NCBI RefSeq assembly: GCF_022045235.1
Contig: NW_027266297.1
Span: 23,312,001 to 23,376,000 of the forward strand
Reading direction: 5' to 3'
Length of the DNA stretch: 64,000 bases
DNA from: Haliotis cracherodii
Lineage: Eukaryota
Below, piece after piece: positions 25,201 through 38,233 of this stretch. A program made the translations under genes and the position numbers. Every line of letters starts with the position of its first letter. The first letter of the stretch is position 1. The notes beneath the pieces were generated by a model. That model ran no database searches. It was given only the letters and a program-made list of their open reading frames with translations, and was not told the origin of the DNA.

Positions 25201-28200
25201 ACAGACCACTCTCATTATCTGGCATATTGCTGCGTGTGGTGTTAAAGGGGAAGTGTACACGCAAAAATCACTTTCTTTCTTTTTCTAAACAAAACGCAAT
25301 TTTAGAATTAGTTAGTATCTGTGTTTGAAAATATACACTCATTTTTTTCACAGTGAAAGTAGGAAGCTCACAATAGTGTGAAAGTGATATGCCGTTATGA
25401 GGCCTTCGTTTTACGAGCGAAATAGGCCTGAGTTATCCCCCTTAGATTATGACGTAATTGGTGCCAATTCAACTGGGTCCCTGTCTATTCTCAACGCAAA
25501 AGATATCAAGGACCAGTTTGCGGTAAAACAATATGGTCTACGACACACTCCGGCGCAGGGTGACTCAGCATAACACAATTCTGGCTGGCATCTGAGATGC
25601 TAGAATCACAAAACTGTACCTACACCACGTGAAGCGGCTCTAACAAAGCATGATGACGTCATAATGTTTATCAATTGGCACCAATGACGTCATATTGCAA
25701 GGGGCATAAGCCATGGTGTTTTTTTATGGAAATAGAACACTTGCTAAATGTGAAAAATATAAATCGTTTTAGTGCAAAAAATATGTTTATTAAATATGAT
25801 GTTTTTATATTTTTGTCTATGACACTTCTATGTGAACACTTTTAATGTGGAAAAAGTACAAGAAAAAATGGTTCATTTCCGTGTGAACTTGCCCTTTAAA
25901 CAAGCAAACAAACTTGATGAAATACACAATATATGTTGTCCTACCAAGTATTCATGCTTCACATAAGTCACATCAGTTGACAGTTAATGGACCTAAGATG
26001 CCCTGAACAATATGTTTAATAAAATACATACCCAAAGAAAATACCCCTCACCTGATATTTTTAGCTTACCTGAACTCACATCGTGGCTTTTTTGTCTGTC
26101 ATCTTCACTTGTTAGAATCATCTTCCTGAGGCAAGGGCGTTAACTAACTATAAAAGTCCAGTTTAAGTTTCCACTAGGCTTGAATTTCCTTGCTCAGTCG
26201 TAGCGCCATCAGTGGATGTTGCTAGTTAAGTCCCTCCTATGTCACTCCTACTGACCTATCTGATTCCACCTCTCATATCACTTGCATTTGCTTCAAACAA
26301 AATGGCGGCGCCCAGTCAAGACGATCTGATAAGTTGGGCCTTATCTCGCGAAGCGCATCAAATTACTTGAGCACCTTGATTAAAAACATGAAAAGATTTT
26401 GAAAACATCTGTCAATGCCAAGTTGAAGGAACACATGCTTTGCAAATCCTGCAGTTCACCGAAATCTGCACGTTGAAATCCATGTTTACGAACCAGATGT
26501 CTAGTTCATTACGCGATTTTGATTGGACTATGCATGGACTCTGTAGTCCAGCTGGCATTCCAGTCTAGTACGGCAAAGGTGGAAACTTGACTTTTATTGT
26601 CCGTTAACTCCCTTGCCTCAGGAAGATGGGTTAGAATAGGTCATCAGGAAACCATGGTTGTTGTAAAACGTGACTAACGAGATCTTGGTTGATGCACGTC
26701 ATCGTATCCCAATTGCGTGTGTCAATGCTCATGATATCAATCACTAGATAGTCAAATGGTCCTGTTTGATTATTTACAGACCGCCAACAGGTTACATAGC
26801 TGGAATATTGCTGAGTGTGGCAGTAAACAACAAACAAACCTGCTCGTTCTCACCAATGATGATACCTGAATTTGTTCAAGAAGTTTGATTCTGATTTTCA
26901 ACATGGCCACCATGACAGCCATATTGAAAAAGTTATTTATAGCCATTACTCAGTCAATTTTGTTCAAAATGTAATGCAAATTGGTACATGTGTACTTTAG
27001 CCATACTGAAAGCTGAAACTTCTAATGGCCATAATTTGGCCATTTGCTTTCAAAATGAAATTTGGTATATGTTATAGTTTATACTACTCAGGCTCAGAAC
27101 ATATGTACTGTTTTTTCAATATAATATTATTAGACTTTAATTTGACCTGTTCACTTTGAGCATGCTCCTAAGTTCTCTTACTAAATTTCCTCACACCTTA
27201 ATACATCTCAGAAACCACTGGACCGAAGAAGCTGAAACTTAACCATGTTAACATTCTTCTTCCCACCAATGATGACACCACAGTAGCCATTTTGAAAAAT
27301 CAACTTCTAGTTCAAAATGTAATTAAATGTGTTTAGTTTCTTGTAGGATTCAACATTAGGGCTACATTTTAAGAATTTTTCCTTGCCCTTAAATTCTCTC
27401 AAAACGAATATTTGGCTTTGTAAACTCCTCCTCCTTTGGCTTGTAAACTCAAGCCAGACTGAGGAAGCTAAACTTCATCAGATTTTAGTGTTAGTTTTCC
27501 TTAGTGTTTATGCAGACATTTTTTCATTAAAGTGGCTGTCGTTAAACTGAAGAATACATATTCAGATGAGCAACAGTGCCATGACACTACTTTTTGAAAA
27601 TTTGGATGAAAATATAATACTGATCATAAATTTGTCATGGCCTAAAAAATAAATTTTATTAAATTCTGATCAAGTAGTAAGAGGTATCCATTTCAAGTAT
27701 GTAAGTATCATCATGGGTAAAGGGCAATACACTGAGCATTATGAAACTGATTTCTGATTTTCCTTACTGGTTGTCATGGTTACAGAAGCGGTGTGTGTTG
27801 GAGGAGACCAACCAGCTGGAGCCGCGAGTGAGTGCAGTGGAGGAAGACCTTGAGGACATGGAGACGGACGAGGAAGAGGAGCTGGTTATGGTTTGTTAAA
27901 CTTATATCATGGATATGTGTATGTAAATAAGCACAGTAAAAATATCTGGACATTCCTGAATCATTTAGATTAAATTAAAATTGAAATCAAGTCTCTTTGT
28001 TCAAACATTTAAGTTAGTTAAACTTCATTATATCTCCTTCAGCATTTAGGGGCATGGGTGGCCAGTTGTCTAAGGCACCACACTTGGCTGTGCTGTTACA
28101 TCTCTTAGGAGTGCTAGGGGGCACAGGTGGCCTAGTATTCCAAGGCGCCACCATTCGCTGTGCAGAGTTGTGTCCAGAAACCTATGATTGTGGGTTCGAA

Positions 28201-30764
28201 CTGATTATGTTTCTAGGTTTGTCAGCACCATACACGTGCTCATGAGTGGTAAACGTCCGAGACCTGCTTCACTTCAGGCTTTCCTCCCCACATTAAGCTG
28301 ACACGCCGTGATATAACTGGAATACTGTTAAAAGCGGCGCTAAACCCAACTCACTCACTCACTCTTAGGAGTGCTAGAAGCCTATGTTGGTGGCTTCAGA
28401 TCTCAGATGCACCCTCATTATGATTCATGGTTTGTCAGTACTGTGCCCATGCAGGTGGGTTTCATCAAAGTGGTAAATGTCCAACACCTGCTTCACTTCC
28501 GACTTCCCTCCCACATCAACTGACATCACGTGGCATTCAATCTTTTTTTGCATTAAACACCATCCTCCAGAGTACTACCATGACTTTCAAGGACAGTGCT
28601 GTTGTCTGATATATTAAATTCCTCACATTTGGTGCTATATGACATGATGTATGCAAGTGTCTTGAGTATGATATGGGATGTTGTATGAAAGTATGGTCTG
28701 TGGCTTTGTCAGGAATCTAAAAGGAGTCCATCACCAGAGAAGTCAAAGAGTCATCGAGATATGGACAAAGCGAGAAGTCCATCACCCCGATTCCGTCGCA
28801 GTAGGTCAAGGTCACCACATAGGAGGTCAGTTTATGATTCGCAATTGACAGTTATTTTGAATCATCTTCGTCTACGATATAGGCTACATACATTCATGGA
28901 CCCGTGAAGATCTGGGTAAGAATAGGTCTTCAGGAACCCATGCCTGCCGTAAAAGGCGACTATGCTTGTCGTAAAAGGAGACTTGGTTGATGCATGTCAT
29001 TGTATCCCAATTGTGTGGATTGATGCTCTTGACATTAATCACTGGATTGTCTGGTCCAGACTCGATTATTTACAGACCGCCGTCATATAGCTGGAATATT
29101 GCTGAGTGCGGCATTAACCAACAAACAACAACACTAATGACAGTTATTTTGAATCATCATCGTCTACTATATAGGCTACATACATTCATATCATTGTAAC
29201 TGTAACACAAAGTCATTCCATTCACGACCAACATGTATTATGTTAACCATAATTACGTTTCATGTTGATCCTAGAACGCTGGATTAGGATCGTGGACGGC
29301 AACAGTATGTTGAGGGTTCACTGTATGTGATAAATGTTTTTGCAGAGACAGAGACAAAAGTCCATCCCGACGCAAGAGGTCAAGGTCGCGGGAGCGAGAG
29401 AGGAGACATGGTCACAGATCACATAAAGAAGATGATGATGATAGGTAGGAAAATTGTCTGGACATTGTCACTGTAAACGGGGTCCACTGTGTGGTTGAGG
29501 GGTCCTGAGCATCATTTCTTATACAGTAAGGGGCCACGGGTGGCCCAGTCGTCTAAGGTGCCGCAATTCGCTGTGCAGAGTTGCGTCCCTTGGGCACGCC
29601 AGAAACCTATGATTGTGGGTTCGAATCCCGATACGCCCCGATTATGTTTCTAGGTTTGTCAGCACCATACCCGTGCTCGTGGGTTTCACCGAAGTGGTAA
29701 ACGTCTGAGACCTGCATCACTTCGGGCTTTCCTCCCACATTAAGCTGACACGCCGTGATATGACTGGAATACTGTTAAAAGCGGCATTAAACCCAACTCA
29801 CTCACTCTTATACAGTCAACTACGGTTAAAACAAACTGAAAGGGACCACTAATTTTAGTTCGTTATAAATGTAGTTCATTATAAGCATATAAACAGGATA
29901 TACACAGCAAAGACCGGGACCAAAATAACAGTATGTTATATCCGTCAGTTTGTTATAAGCGTGTTCGTTATAAACGTAGTTTGCTGTACTTATTTTCAAT
30001 ATTCAACTGTACATTGCTTCTAACATCACATGAATCATTCCCAAAAGAATAATGAAATTTCAAAACGCAAACAACTTTGTATATATAACAAACTGTACAA
30101 GTCAGATAACAGCAATCATGGCGTCTGAAACTTGCTATGAAGAACAGGGTAGACTCCAGTTGATCTTGCTGTGATAGTCAATGCTGAAATGTAAAGGATA
30201 TTGAGTTTACCTGGTTAAATGTTGTTTTAATTTGGGCAAGTGTTGAGAACATATTGGCAATATTCGGTGAGAACCTAATATTTTCCGTTTGCGGTAATAT
30301 TAACATTAAGAAATTGTTAGAAATTAAGCATAAAAATCAAGGGGTCCTTATCATAATTCATATGTTAGAAATTAAAGGTTTAGGGGTTTCTACTCGGAAT
30401 AACATAGAAGACCTCAAGGGACCCAAGACCCCTATTACTTTGGAACACTGTTTAAGGGTATTCTCCTGTACCCTGAGGTAGGCTGTACGTATGTCGAGGT
30501 TTATGTATCTCCCATGCCTCTGTGCAATGTTACAGGAGGAGGAGATCTAAGAAAAGCAAGAAAGACAAGAAGGATGACGATCGACACCGGGATCGAGATC
30601 GGGACCGGGACCGGGAACGCGACAAGGACAGGTCTCGACATCAGGACCATGATCGGGACCGACGTGATCGTGGGGACAGATCACGTGGAGGAGGTCTTAA
30701 ACAAGAGATTAAGGAAGCGAATGAACTACGGGCAAGGCTAGGCTTGGCACCACTAAGGCCATGA
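19229..30764 (+). CDS. PRPF38A: Pre-mRNA splicing factor 38A (PRP38 domain plus RS/RD-rich tail), ~347 aa
   Basis: N-terminus MANRTVKDAHSIKGTNPQYLVEKIIRTRIY and C-terminus EIKEANELRARLGLAPLRP are characteristic. Exons: 19229-19358, 21269-21428, 23469-23590, 23935-24020, 27786-27890, 28713-28825, 29346-29444, 30536-30764; phases consistent. AATAAA at 31184. Confidence 0.97.
22737..23099. mobile_element. TIR-bounded non-autonomous element; internal segment duplicated again at ~23185-23345
   Basis: GTTGCAGCAGGATCACAAGGGG ... CCCTGAGTGATCCTGCTACAAC. Confidence 0.6.
25246..25895. mobile_element. TTAA-flanked non-autonomous DNA transposon (Kolobok-like)
   Basis: TTAA|AGGGGAAGTGTACACG ... CGTGTGAACTTGCCCT|TTAA, with internal inverted repeats; splits the GTTAAAC tail of a family C copy. 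Confidence 0.75.
26058..27595 (+). mobile_element. Probable Helentron-associated non-autonomous element hosting nested insertions
   Basis: Begins TTTTTAGCTTACCTGA and ends TCAGATGAGC..short hairpin..TTTTT (subterminal inverted repeat, T-rich insertion site); internal GAAACTT/CAAATTGG repeats. Confidence 0.5.
26119..26628. mobile_element. MITE with CAT..ATG termini (P-element-like)
   Basis: TIR CATCTTCCTGAGGCAAGGG.GTTAAC; flanking duplication GTTAGAAT (8-9 bp). Confidence 0.75.
29813..29986. mobile_element. Tc1/pogo-type MITE (CAGT..CTG, TA-flanked); related copy at ~3405-3578 in the opposite orientation
   Basis: Shared internal TTCGTTATAA repeats and TIRs between the two copies. Confidence 0.7.
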
Positions 30765-31926
30765 TTGACCATATCTGTTATGAAAGGTTTCTTAATGCAT
30801 GATAATTGGTAATATCCACTGAGAAAGAGCAGTTCAGGATCTTTGAAATGCAAATGTTCCTGTGTTGATGGTCTGTTTCTGTAGGGCAGGACTCGGATCT
30901 CTTTGGCCAAGTTGTGAGATCTTAACAGCTTTAAACGGCAATGCAGATTTCAGTCAAAAGTACAGCCGAATCTTTCAAAGCTCTTTTGAAGTAATACTTC
31001 CATTCAGTGCGAGTTTTGTTTCATTTTCAAGGGAATCAAATAACTGTATGTGTATTTGAGGATTAGCCTGATGTGAAAGTGAATTTCCCAGCTTTTCATG
31101 AAGCTTGTGTATATATCAATTTTAACATGACTTAAATGATTGCAATGTGTGTCATCTATATTGAATTTCATGATCATTGTGTAAATAAAGTCATCATCAA
31201 TGAATCTGTATTAAGTCTTTGCCATACATTTAGGCAAGTGCTAGAAGTGTGATGATGCTATGGTGAACCCAGCTCAAAGTTCTCATAACAGCACACATCC
31301 CTGGTGTTTCTGGCTAAGGTACATGTCATCTTGAACAAGACAACACCACCGGCAGATTCTACTGGGACTAGGAGACAAATTCAGGAAAATACTTAATCAG
31401 TGAAGATCAAACAGATGTTGCAATGCTGGATATACACAATCAGTGTCCGAAGTAACTGCCTACCCGTAACTGGTAACTTTTCTGTCAGGCTGTGAAATTT
31501 TCTACCACCTGTCCGACTGTCTGGCAGAAAATTTTAAGTCTCCTTATATATTCAGTTTAATCATAACTCCTTGTAGATTCTCTAGTGATACATTGCTTTA
31601 TTTCAACTGAATCAAGACGCAATTGGTCTCTTATTTTTTGCAAATTTTCAATATTTATGTCTGAATGCGGGCAGGTAGCTTTGAAGATGGGCAGGCAACA
31701 TGTATGGGTCACCTGTCCGACTGTCTTGTTGGTTTTTAGAAGTATTGCAAACACTGCACCCAGTGCACGTTCATGTGATGCTTTCCTAAAACTATCAGTT
31801 GTTCCATACACTAAGTACAGGCCAGAAGAGAGTGAGTAAATACGGGTGACTGACTGGTACAGCAACTATCCATGCTGTTGGGGTACAGTGATATTCACCC
31901 TGCAATGTGTCACATTGTTACCACCA

Positions 31927-32035
31927 GGGCCCTGTTGCACAAAGCAATCTTAGAACTAAGACGATCACAACTCCCATACATTAACACAGACTTCCTATAA
32001 TCGTAGGGCTAAGATTGGTTTGTGCAATGGGGCCC
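31927..32035. mobile_element. Short Harbinger-like MITE
   Basis: GGGCCCTGTTGCACAAAGCAATCTTAG ... CTAAGATTGGTTTGTGCAATGGGGCCC. Confidence 0.6.
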
Positions 32036-32235
32036 ACATTGCACAGCTGATTCACAGTCCAGTGCTATCATTTAGTGAAGTTTTAATTTCCAGAGAATCA
32101 AGACTGATATACTGACATTTGATCAGTTCAGATAAGCTGACCATCAGAAGTACTTTTGCAGTCGTTCTTCTTATTGACAGCATTTGCAAATGTAGAAATA
32201 TGTTTATCCATGTTGCCAAGGGGAGTATGTTAGTG

Positions 32236-32359
32236 CACAGGAGTCCGTATTTAAAAATAGACGCCCTTATGCATATTCATGACCATCTCCACGGGCTCGC
32301 GTGTGGAGATGGTCATGAATATGCATGAGGGCGTCTATTTTTAGATACGGACTCCTGTG
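32236..32359. mobile_element. 124-bp near-perfect palindromic MITE (CA..TG termini, 7-bp TSD, P-superfamily-like)
   Basis: ~57-bp arms; perfect TSD GTTAGTG at 32229-32235 and 32360-32366. Confidence 0.85.
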
Positions 32360-35300
32360 GTTAGTGTAGCAGTGCTGGAAGATGGAACATGCTTGGGTGG
32401 AGCGCATGTTTGATTCAAAATTGAAGCCCCAGCAAATCACAGAGAATAGTCCCTCTTCAAGACAATCATGCAGTAAGGGGTATACCATAAGAAATTACAC
32501 TGTGATGTTGGTGCACCAGTACTTGTAGCTTCAGCCTTCATGAGCCTGAAGAAACTTGGACCTGGGAGATCCATTCAAGGTTCCATCTCTCATAAACAAA
32601 GTCCATACTAGCAATAAAATGGCTACTGTGCCAGTCATAATAAGTTCAGCCTTCTTCTGATACATGTCAAAAACTGGGAAAAAAACACACACAGGACTAA
32701 TGTTTCTAAAACAAACAAGATACCTTTCAAGCAAACCTCTTTATTAAATACTGGAAAACACAGAAAAATAAATCTCATCCATTCATGCATTACTTTAATC
32801 ACAAATCTTAAATATGAACAACTGTTTTGAAGAGAAATAAAACAATTTACATAGTGGGTACCATGTCATTCAGATTTATACTTCTAAGAAGACATTCTTC
32901 TCACATGGTAAACCTCAAAATGCTGATATTATCTAAATGCATCATATGCACATATTTGTCTGTTTCACAGGGACAATCATCTCGCATACACACTGATACT
33001 ACTTTTACTACATAACCATAACCCATGCAAATAGTAACCATGGCAACATAGCTTTGAAAGTCTCCAGTCTCAAATATTACATTAAAAAACAACAATGCAT
33101 CAGACGTGAAACAAATGTAGTTGTGACTGATAACATGCCTTAATCAGTAGATGGGATTTTTTCTGTTGCTATTTGACATATAATACATTCAATATTTTAG
33201 TTGTCATTTATTCAAAAGATTGTCTTCAACATGGCCACAGCTGGCACATTAAACGTAAGTCATGTAAGCATTCAGAACCACATGTTTCCAGTCCGACTGC
33301 TCTATCCATGTTCCACACGGACAACCACAACTGGGACAAAATAACACCTCACATAACTGGAATAATATCATGCATTTTATGCAGAAGAAAAGGCTTTCTG
33401 AATATACATGCACTCTTCAACGAGGTTCACATTTCTTTGCACGTTCAAGAAGCAAATATATCCCCTTGAATGGGTCACTACACAAATATAAAAAATGGCA
33501 GTTATTTTACTTATATCTAGTCAAATGCCACCAACGACCATGTAGTAATAGCACCTGTCGTAGCTTGTATTAGTCATGGCACCTGTCGTGGCTTGTGGTA
33601 AGTAGTATAGTGACTAGTTATGTAAGATGGAAACACAAACAACTGGTTCTCGGGCAATAACTTTCGTTTTTGCTTACACTGTTTCCCTCAGCAATGTTCC
33701 AGATCCAAGATGGCAGCCCGTAAATAATAAATTCTGCGTCAGACAATCCAGTGATTTATATGAGCGATCGGGTGCAATGACAGACTATCAACAAGTGACT
33801 GAGCCTAAGTCTGATGTTTTGAATTCTTTCATGTTTACTGATATCGGCCTGCCCGAGAACCTAGAGGTGTATTCAACCTTATGTGCAGCATTGAAAATTG
33901 TAAATAATCATGAACACTGATGAACACAATAGGTAAATAAACTGTTCGATCAATACTTTTGTCACTATGTGACACAAGGCTTGGACGTTCTGACATGGAG
34001 GTGAGATAAGGTTGGGTATGAGATGTTAAACTGTAAATATTTAGTAATTTGCCATAGTACCAAGCTACACAGCAGTTGATTTAGTACATTCCTTTTCATG
34101 AGATACATTACCATCACCCAAATCATGATCATACCTTGCACTTAACAGATTCATACCATCTTATCCAAAATACATTATACAGTACCACATGTTCAATCTG
34201 CATCTCACAACATTTCCTCCTCTTATTATGAACCGTGTATGCAAACCTTGATATGCACTGATATGCCAGTTGACATATTATGAAAACAATACAATTATAC
34301 AAAACGCCATTTTTACAGCACATGAATTGAACATAATGTAATAAAAGCTAATATCATAATACAAATACTACAAAGTTTGGCAAACAAGAATAAATGTCAG
34401 GAATGATATTCTTAACATTAAACATGTTAAAGCATTATACCAGTTAACACAATGTGAATGCAACAAATTTAACATTTCAATTATCAATATGATCAACACA
34501 GGCAAAATTGGAAAGACAATTGACTTTGAATAGATTCCCTCAAATGATCAATTATGCAGGATAGCAAACAGGCAAAGGACATATTTTGTTTGACTGCATT
34601 CACATAACATGAATAATGATGAATAGATTGACACATTTCAAAAGGCATAAACAGCTCTTTCAAAAAACTGTCAATTTATGTTCTGTCAAGTCACAAGTCA
34701 CCTCACATAGTCATTTCGACAAGGAGTTGGATATCCTCAAACAATTTACTATTGGGAACAATGTTAAAAATCACTAATCATTCAGGACTACTGATGAAAC
34801 CAGCAGAAAGCAACCAAACTGGAATATGTACACACAACAAGACACAATCTCTGTAAAGTGTGCGTCATAATGATTAAAACATGCAACGTTTTCAATGGTG
34901 ACCGCAACTCACGAAAAGCATGCACACTCACTGTGTTGTGGTCTGCATGATCTAGAGTAGTTTGATTACAGAGTGTAATATTCAATAGTTTGGTTGCTCT
35001 CTGCTAGTTTTCATTTGTAGACCTGTCATTGTGTACTGCAATATTTATTGGATCATCAAACAGGTTCCTTTTTCCACTAGGTATCTTATTCACAAAAAAT
35101 GCACCAATCACAACAACCTAAAAAGGTTTGTCATGGAATAACTTGGAACACATGAAAATCTATGGCAAGACATTATGATAGCCAGAAATCTAAGTTCCAT
35201 AGGCCTCTGAGCAATTATGATTACCATTGTTTAGGTTAACACCGATTCCTTAATCAAAGGCAGTTTTGCATTGACATATAACGTCATGAGAAGATGCTCT

Positions 35301-35454
35301 CATCATCAACCTTTGATGATTCATTACATCTCTACATGAGTTATCCCTGAAGGTCCTGGCCAGAACCACGATGATATCAGTCAAGCCAAGACGTTGTGAT
35401 CTTATCCCCAAAGAAGACCGCATATCAATTCCTGGAAATCAGGTTTTTGACTTG

Positions 35455-36048
35455 TCAGTCTTCGCTTGTCATGCAGACATCATCACCATGGAATATTTGG
35501 AGGCGGAGAGATTTTTCATCATCAGACAAACTCTCCATTGTGGCTGTGCTCTCCTGTGACTGAGGAAGATCTTCCTCTGTTTCTTCTTGGCCTTCTTCCT
35601 GGACACCTTCACAGTTCAGCACAGGAGGATCAACACAGGAACAGGTAGCATGTGTTGCCTGACCATCAATATACATGTCCACCTCACATTTCAGGTCTTC
35701 CCTCCCGATCCTCTGCATCAGCTCCCTTAACAGTGACGTGTTGTATCTGGATATTTTCTTCTGTCCATGCAAATGTCCAAGTAGGTCAGCAGCATTTCGT
35801 ATTTCACAACATTTCTTTGTCTTGATTACATCGTCTGCTGAGAGGACAAGTTTCATCTGCGAATATTCTTCATCATTAATGTGAGTTGAAATGTGCAACA
35901 TCAGTTTGGCATAATCAGAAAAATGACCACTTGTTCTGTTTTCTAGTAATACTTTTGTCAGTCCTTTGGAGGCATGTTGATGACTGCTTTTTTCTTTCTC
36001 AGAGACTGGCTTAATGTTGGTGAACTGCTTGCTGTGAACTGCTGCCAT
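35455..36048 (-). CDS. Death effector domain (DED)-only protein with acidic C-terminal tail, ~197 aa, single coding exon (PEA-15-like architecture)
   Basis: ORF contains YAKLMLHISTHINDEEYSQMKLVL..IRNAADLLGHLHGQKKISRYNTSLLRELMQRIGREDL, including the DED RxDL motif. ATG at 36048 lies 4 nt inside a splice acceptor (ttctttcag, AG at 36054-36053), so a non-coding upstream exon is likely and the 36120 ATG of the ORF track is probably intronic. Confidence 0.8.
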   Translation of the reverse strand: MAAVHSKQFTNIKPVSEKEKSSHQHASKGLTKVLLENRTSGHFSDYAKLMLHISTHINDEEYSQMKLVLSADDVIKTKKCCEIRNAADLLGHLHGQKKISRYNTSLLRELMQRIGREDLKCEVDMYIDGQATHATCSCVDPPVLNCEGVQEEGQEETEEDLPQSQESTATMESLSDDEKSLRLQIFHGDDVCMTSED

Positions 36049-37879
36049 GATTCTGAAAGAATATGAACAATTATTCAAATTATCCACTTTACAATTTTTA
36101 TGTTCAAAGACATTTTGCATGAATTAGAAAATTTATGATATTGATATTCTTATTTTATCTTCGAACATATTTTCAATAAAACCAGAAAACTATAGGTCAC
36201 AAAAATAGATCTAAGAGGTCACGGCTTCATATGGTCATTGACATCATGGACTGCACAAACAGGGTTGGGAAAAGACAAGATTGATGAGATGAGGTGAAAG
36301 GAATTGAGGACAAATTTCATTACATGATTCACGATATCTAACAATAAAACTGTTAAAAAAATTTGCATAGAAATATTCTTATCAGAAAAAAGAACATGAG
36401 CTCTATGAAAGCATGATGTATGAAACATTGAAATAGTTGCACATGTATGTTTAAAGCTGAGCTGACAGGCTTAAGCCAATGTGCAAACAAAAATTACAAA
36501 AGTTTTGTGATGTATGTCAATTTGTATCAGTTCATGATTATCCTAAGTAACCAGAGATGATTCATTTCCCAAGCATATCAACCAAGAAACTGGAAATGGG
36601 CACCGGACTGCATGTATACCGGACAATAGAGTATATATTTACTAATTAATTTTGTACCTCTTAACAAATTGCAAGTATCTAATCGACATAAATGATTTTC
36701 TTTTTTCAAATGAGTAATTTTTGAAACATAGAATATAAGAGGCATAGGTGTCTGGACTGCCTACATGACATTGCGATTTATACAACCAGACCTGTGTTTT
36801 TACTTGTGTTCCAGGTCCAATCAATCAGTGCAGTGCCTAACTGACTATCTAAAATAATACTAGGCCTACAACTTGACTTTCTTACTGACTGCAAATATTC
36901 ATCATAAATGGTAGTGGAATCTCATCCGAACATGCATGTCAGTACAAGTATAGAATATAATACAGACACTGCGACACACGTGTCACTGCTTGACCCAACT
37001 GCATCAAAGCTTGCTTCCTTGTCATCGGGAATTTATCACGAACTGTTGTGATGCTTGTTCCCGCGTTTTCAACTGCACGATCTAAAATAGGGAATGTTTT
37101 TTAAACGAACATCGAAGATTATTAATGAAATTTACCTTTATATGTACCAGTTTTCAAATTATATGAATGGTCTAAAGAAGACACCAGCAAGTGGTTCCAG
37201 AGACCATAAAATAATTATTTTATGGTCTCTTGTGATGCCAGAGATAATGTATTAAAAATTATAATCTACAAGCATACAATTGAAAGGGATCTGGATTCTC
37301 AGGACAAAGTAAGAAAACCGACCCATATGAAAGCGAATATAATAGTTGGTTTGAACAGGAAAATTGTACCCAATTTTGTAGTCTCCCTGGTTTGAACAAA
37401 ATGGACCTCTTGGTCCGTTTTGGCATTGTTCCATTATTGTTATAACGTCAACTTAGATAATTACATCATCCGTTTGTACGTTTGTAGGTACGTTAAGTAT
37501 ATTATTTACAATGGTTTATGTCTTTAAGTTTCCAGGAACTTGTATAGCTGCTGTTTTTAGTTGTTTGTTTGTTTGTTTTCTAAATTAAATAAGTTACTTT
37601 AAAGGCAGGTATAGATGAGGATGTTGTCAAAGGTTAGGCATCGTTCGCACTGGTAGCTGGATTCAATGCCTTCGAAACATGAACACGAATTATTCTAGCA
37701 GTGTCTAGCTCAGGTTCATATTCGGGTCTAATTACAACGACTTCGACTAGACCTCGAAATGGAAGCCAGATCGCGGAAGTATTGTGTAACAAAGGGAACT
37801 TTATATACTCTTCGATCCTTAATGATTTTTATGTTAACTCATGTCATTACACACGAAGATATTATACCAAACATGTATA

Positions 37880-38233
37880 CCGTATTCGACGTATTAAGCA
37901 CCCGGGACTCTCAAAATTGGAAATGGTAGGCTCTTATTAGAATATAATTTTGGTGAGAACAAAAACAGAGTTGAAAATTTTTAAATTTCGTAGTTTATGC
38001 TGACAGCCTGACATGATGCAAAAGAAAAGTATGTACGTATCATACACGACAGATATATTTTCCAGAATTAAATTGCCCACAATTAAGGGTGCATATAACA
38101 CACGAGTGCGTATAATACACGAATCAATAAGTCTTGTGTACATTGATGAATCGGAAGGGATGCTAATTGGGATTGTTCACTAGCAAATATATTAGCAAAT
38201 AATCGCCATGGGCGCTTATTACGTCGAATACGG
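37880..38233. mobile_element. Tc1/pogo-type MITE
   Basis: TA|CCGTATTCGACGTATTAAGCACCC ... GGGCGCTTATTACGTCGAATACGG|TA. Confidence 0.8.

Noticed and set aside
34791-34812. Hammerhead ribozyme core (CTGATGA..GAAA)
   Set aside because: No stem II or flanking stems could be formed; other CTGATGA hits inspected also failed.
36049-36120. N-terminal 24 aa of the 221-aa ORF
   Set aside because: Lies upstream of a good splice acceptor in AT-rich sequence; probably intronic.
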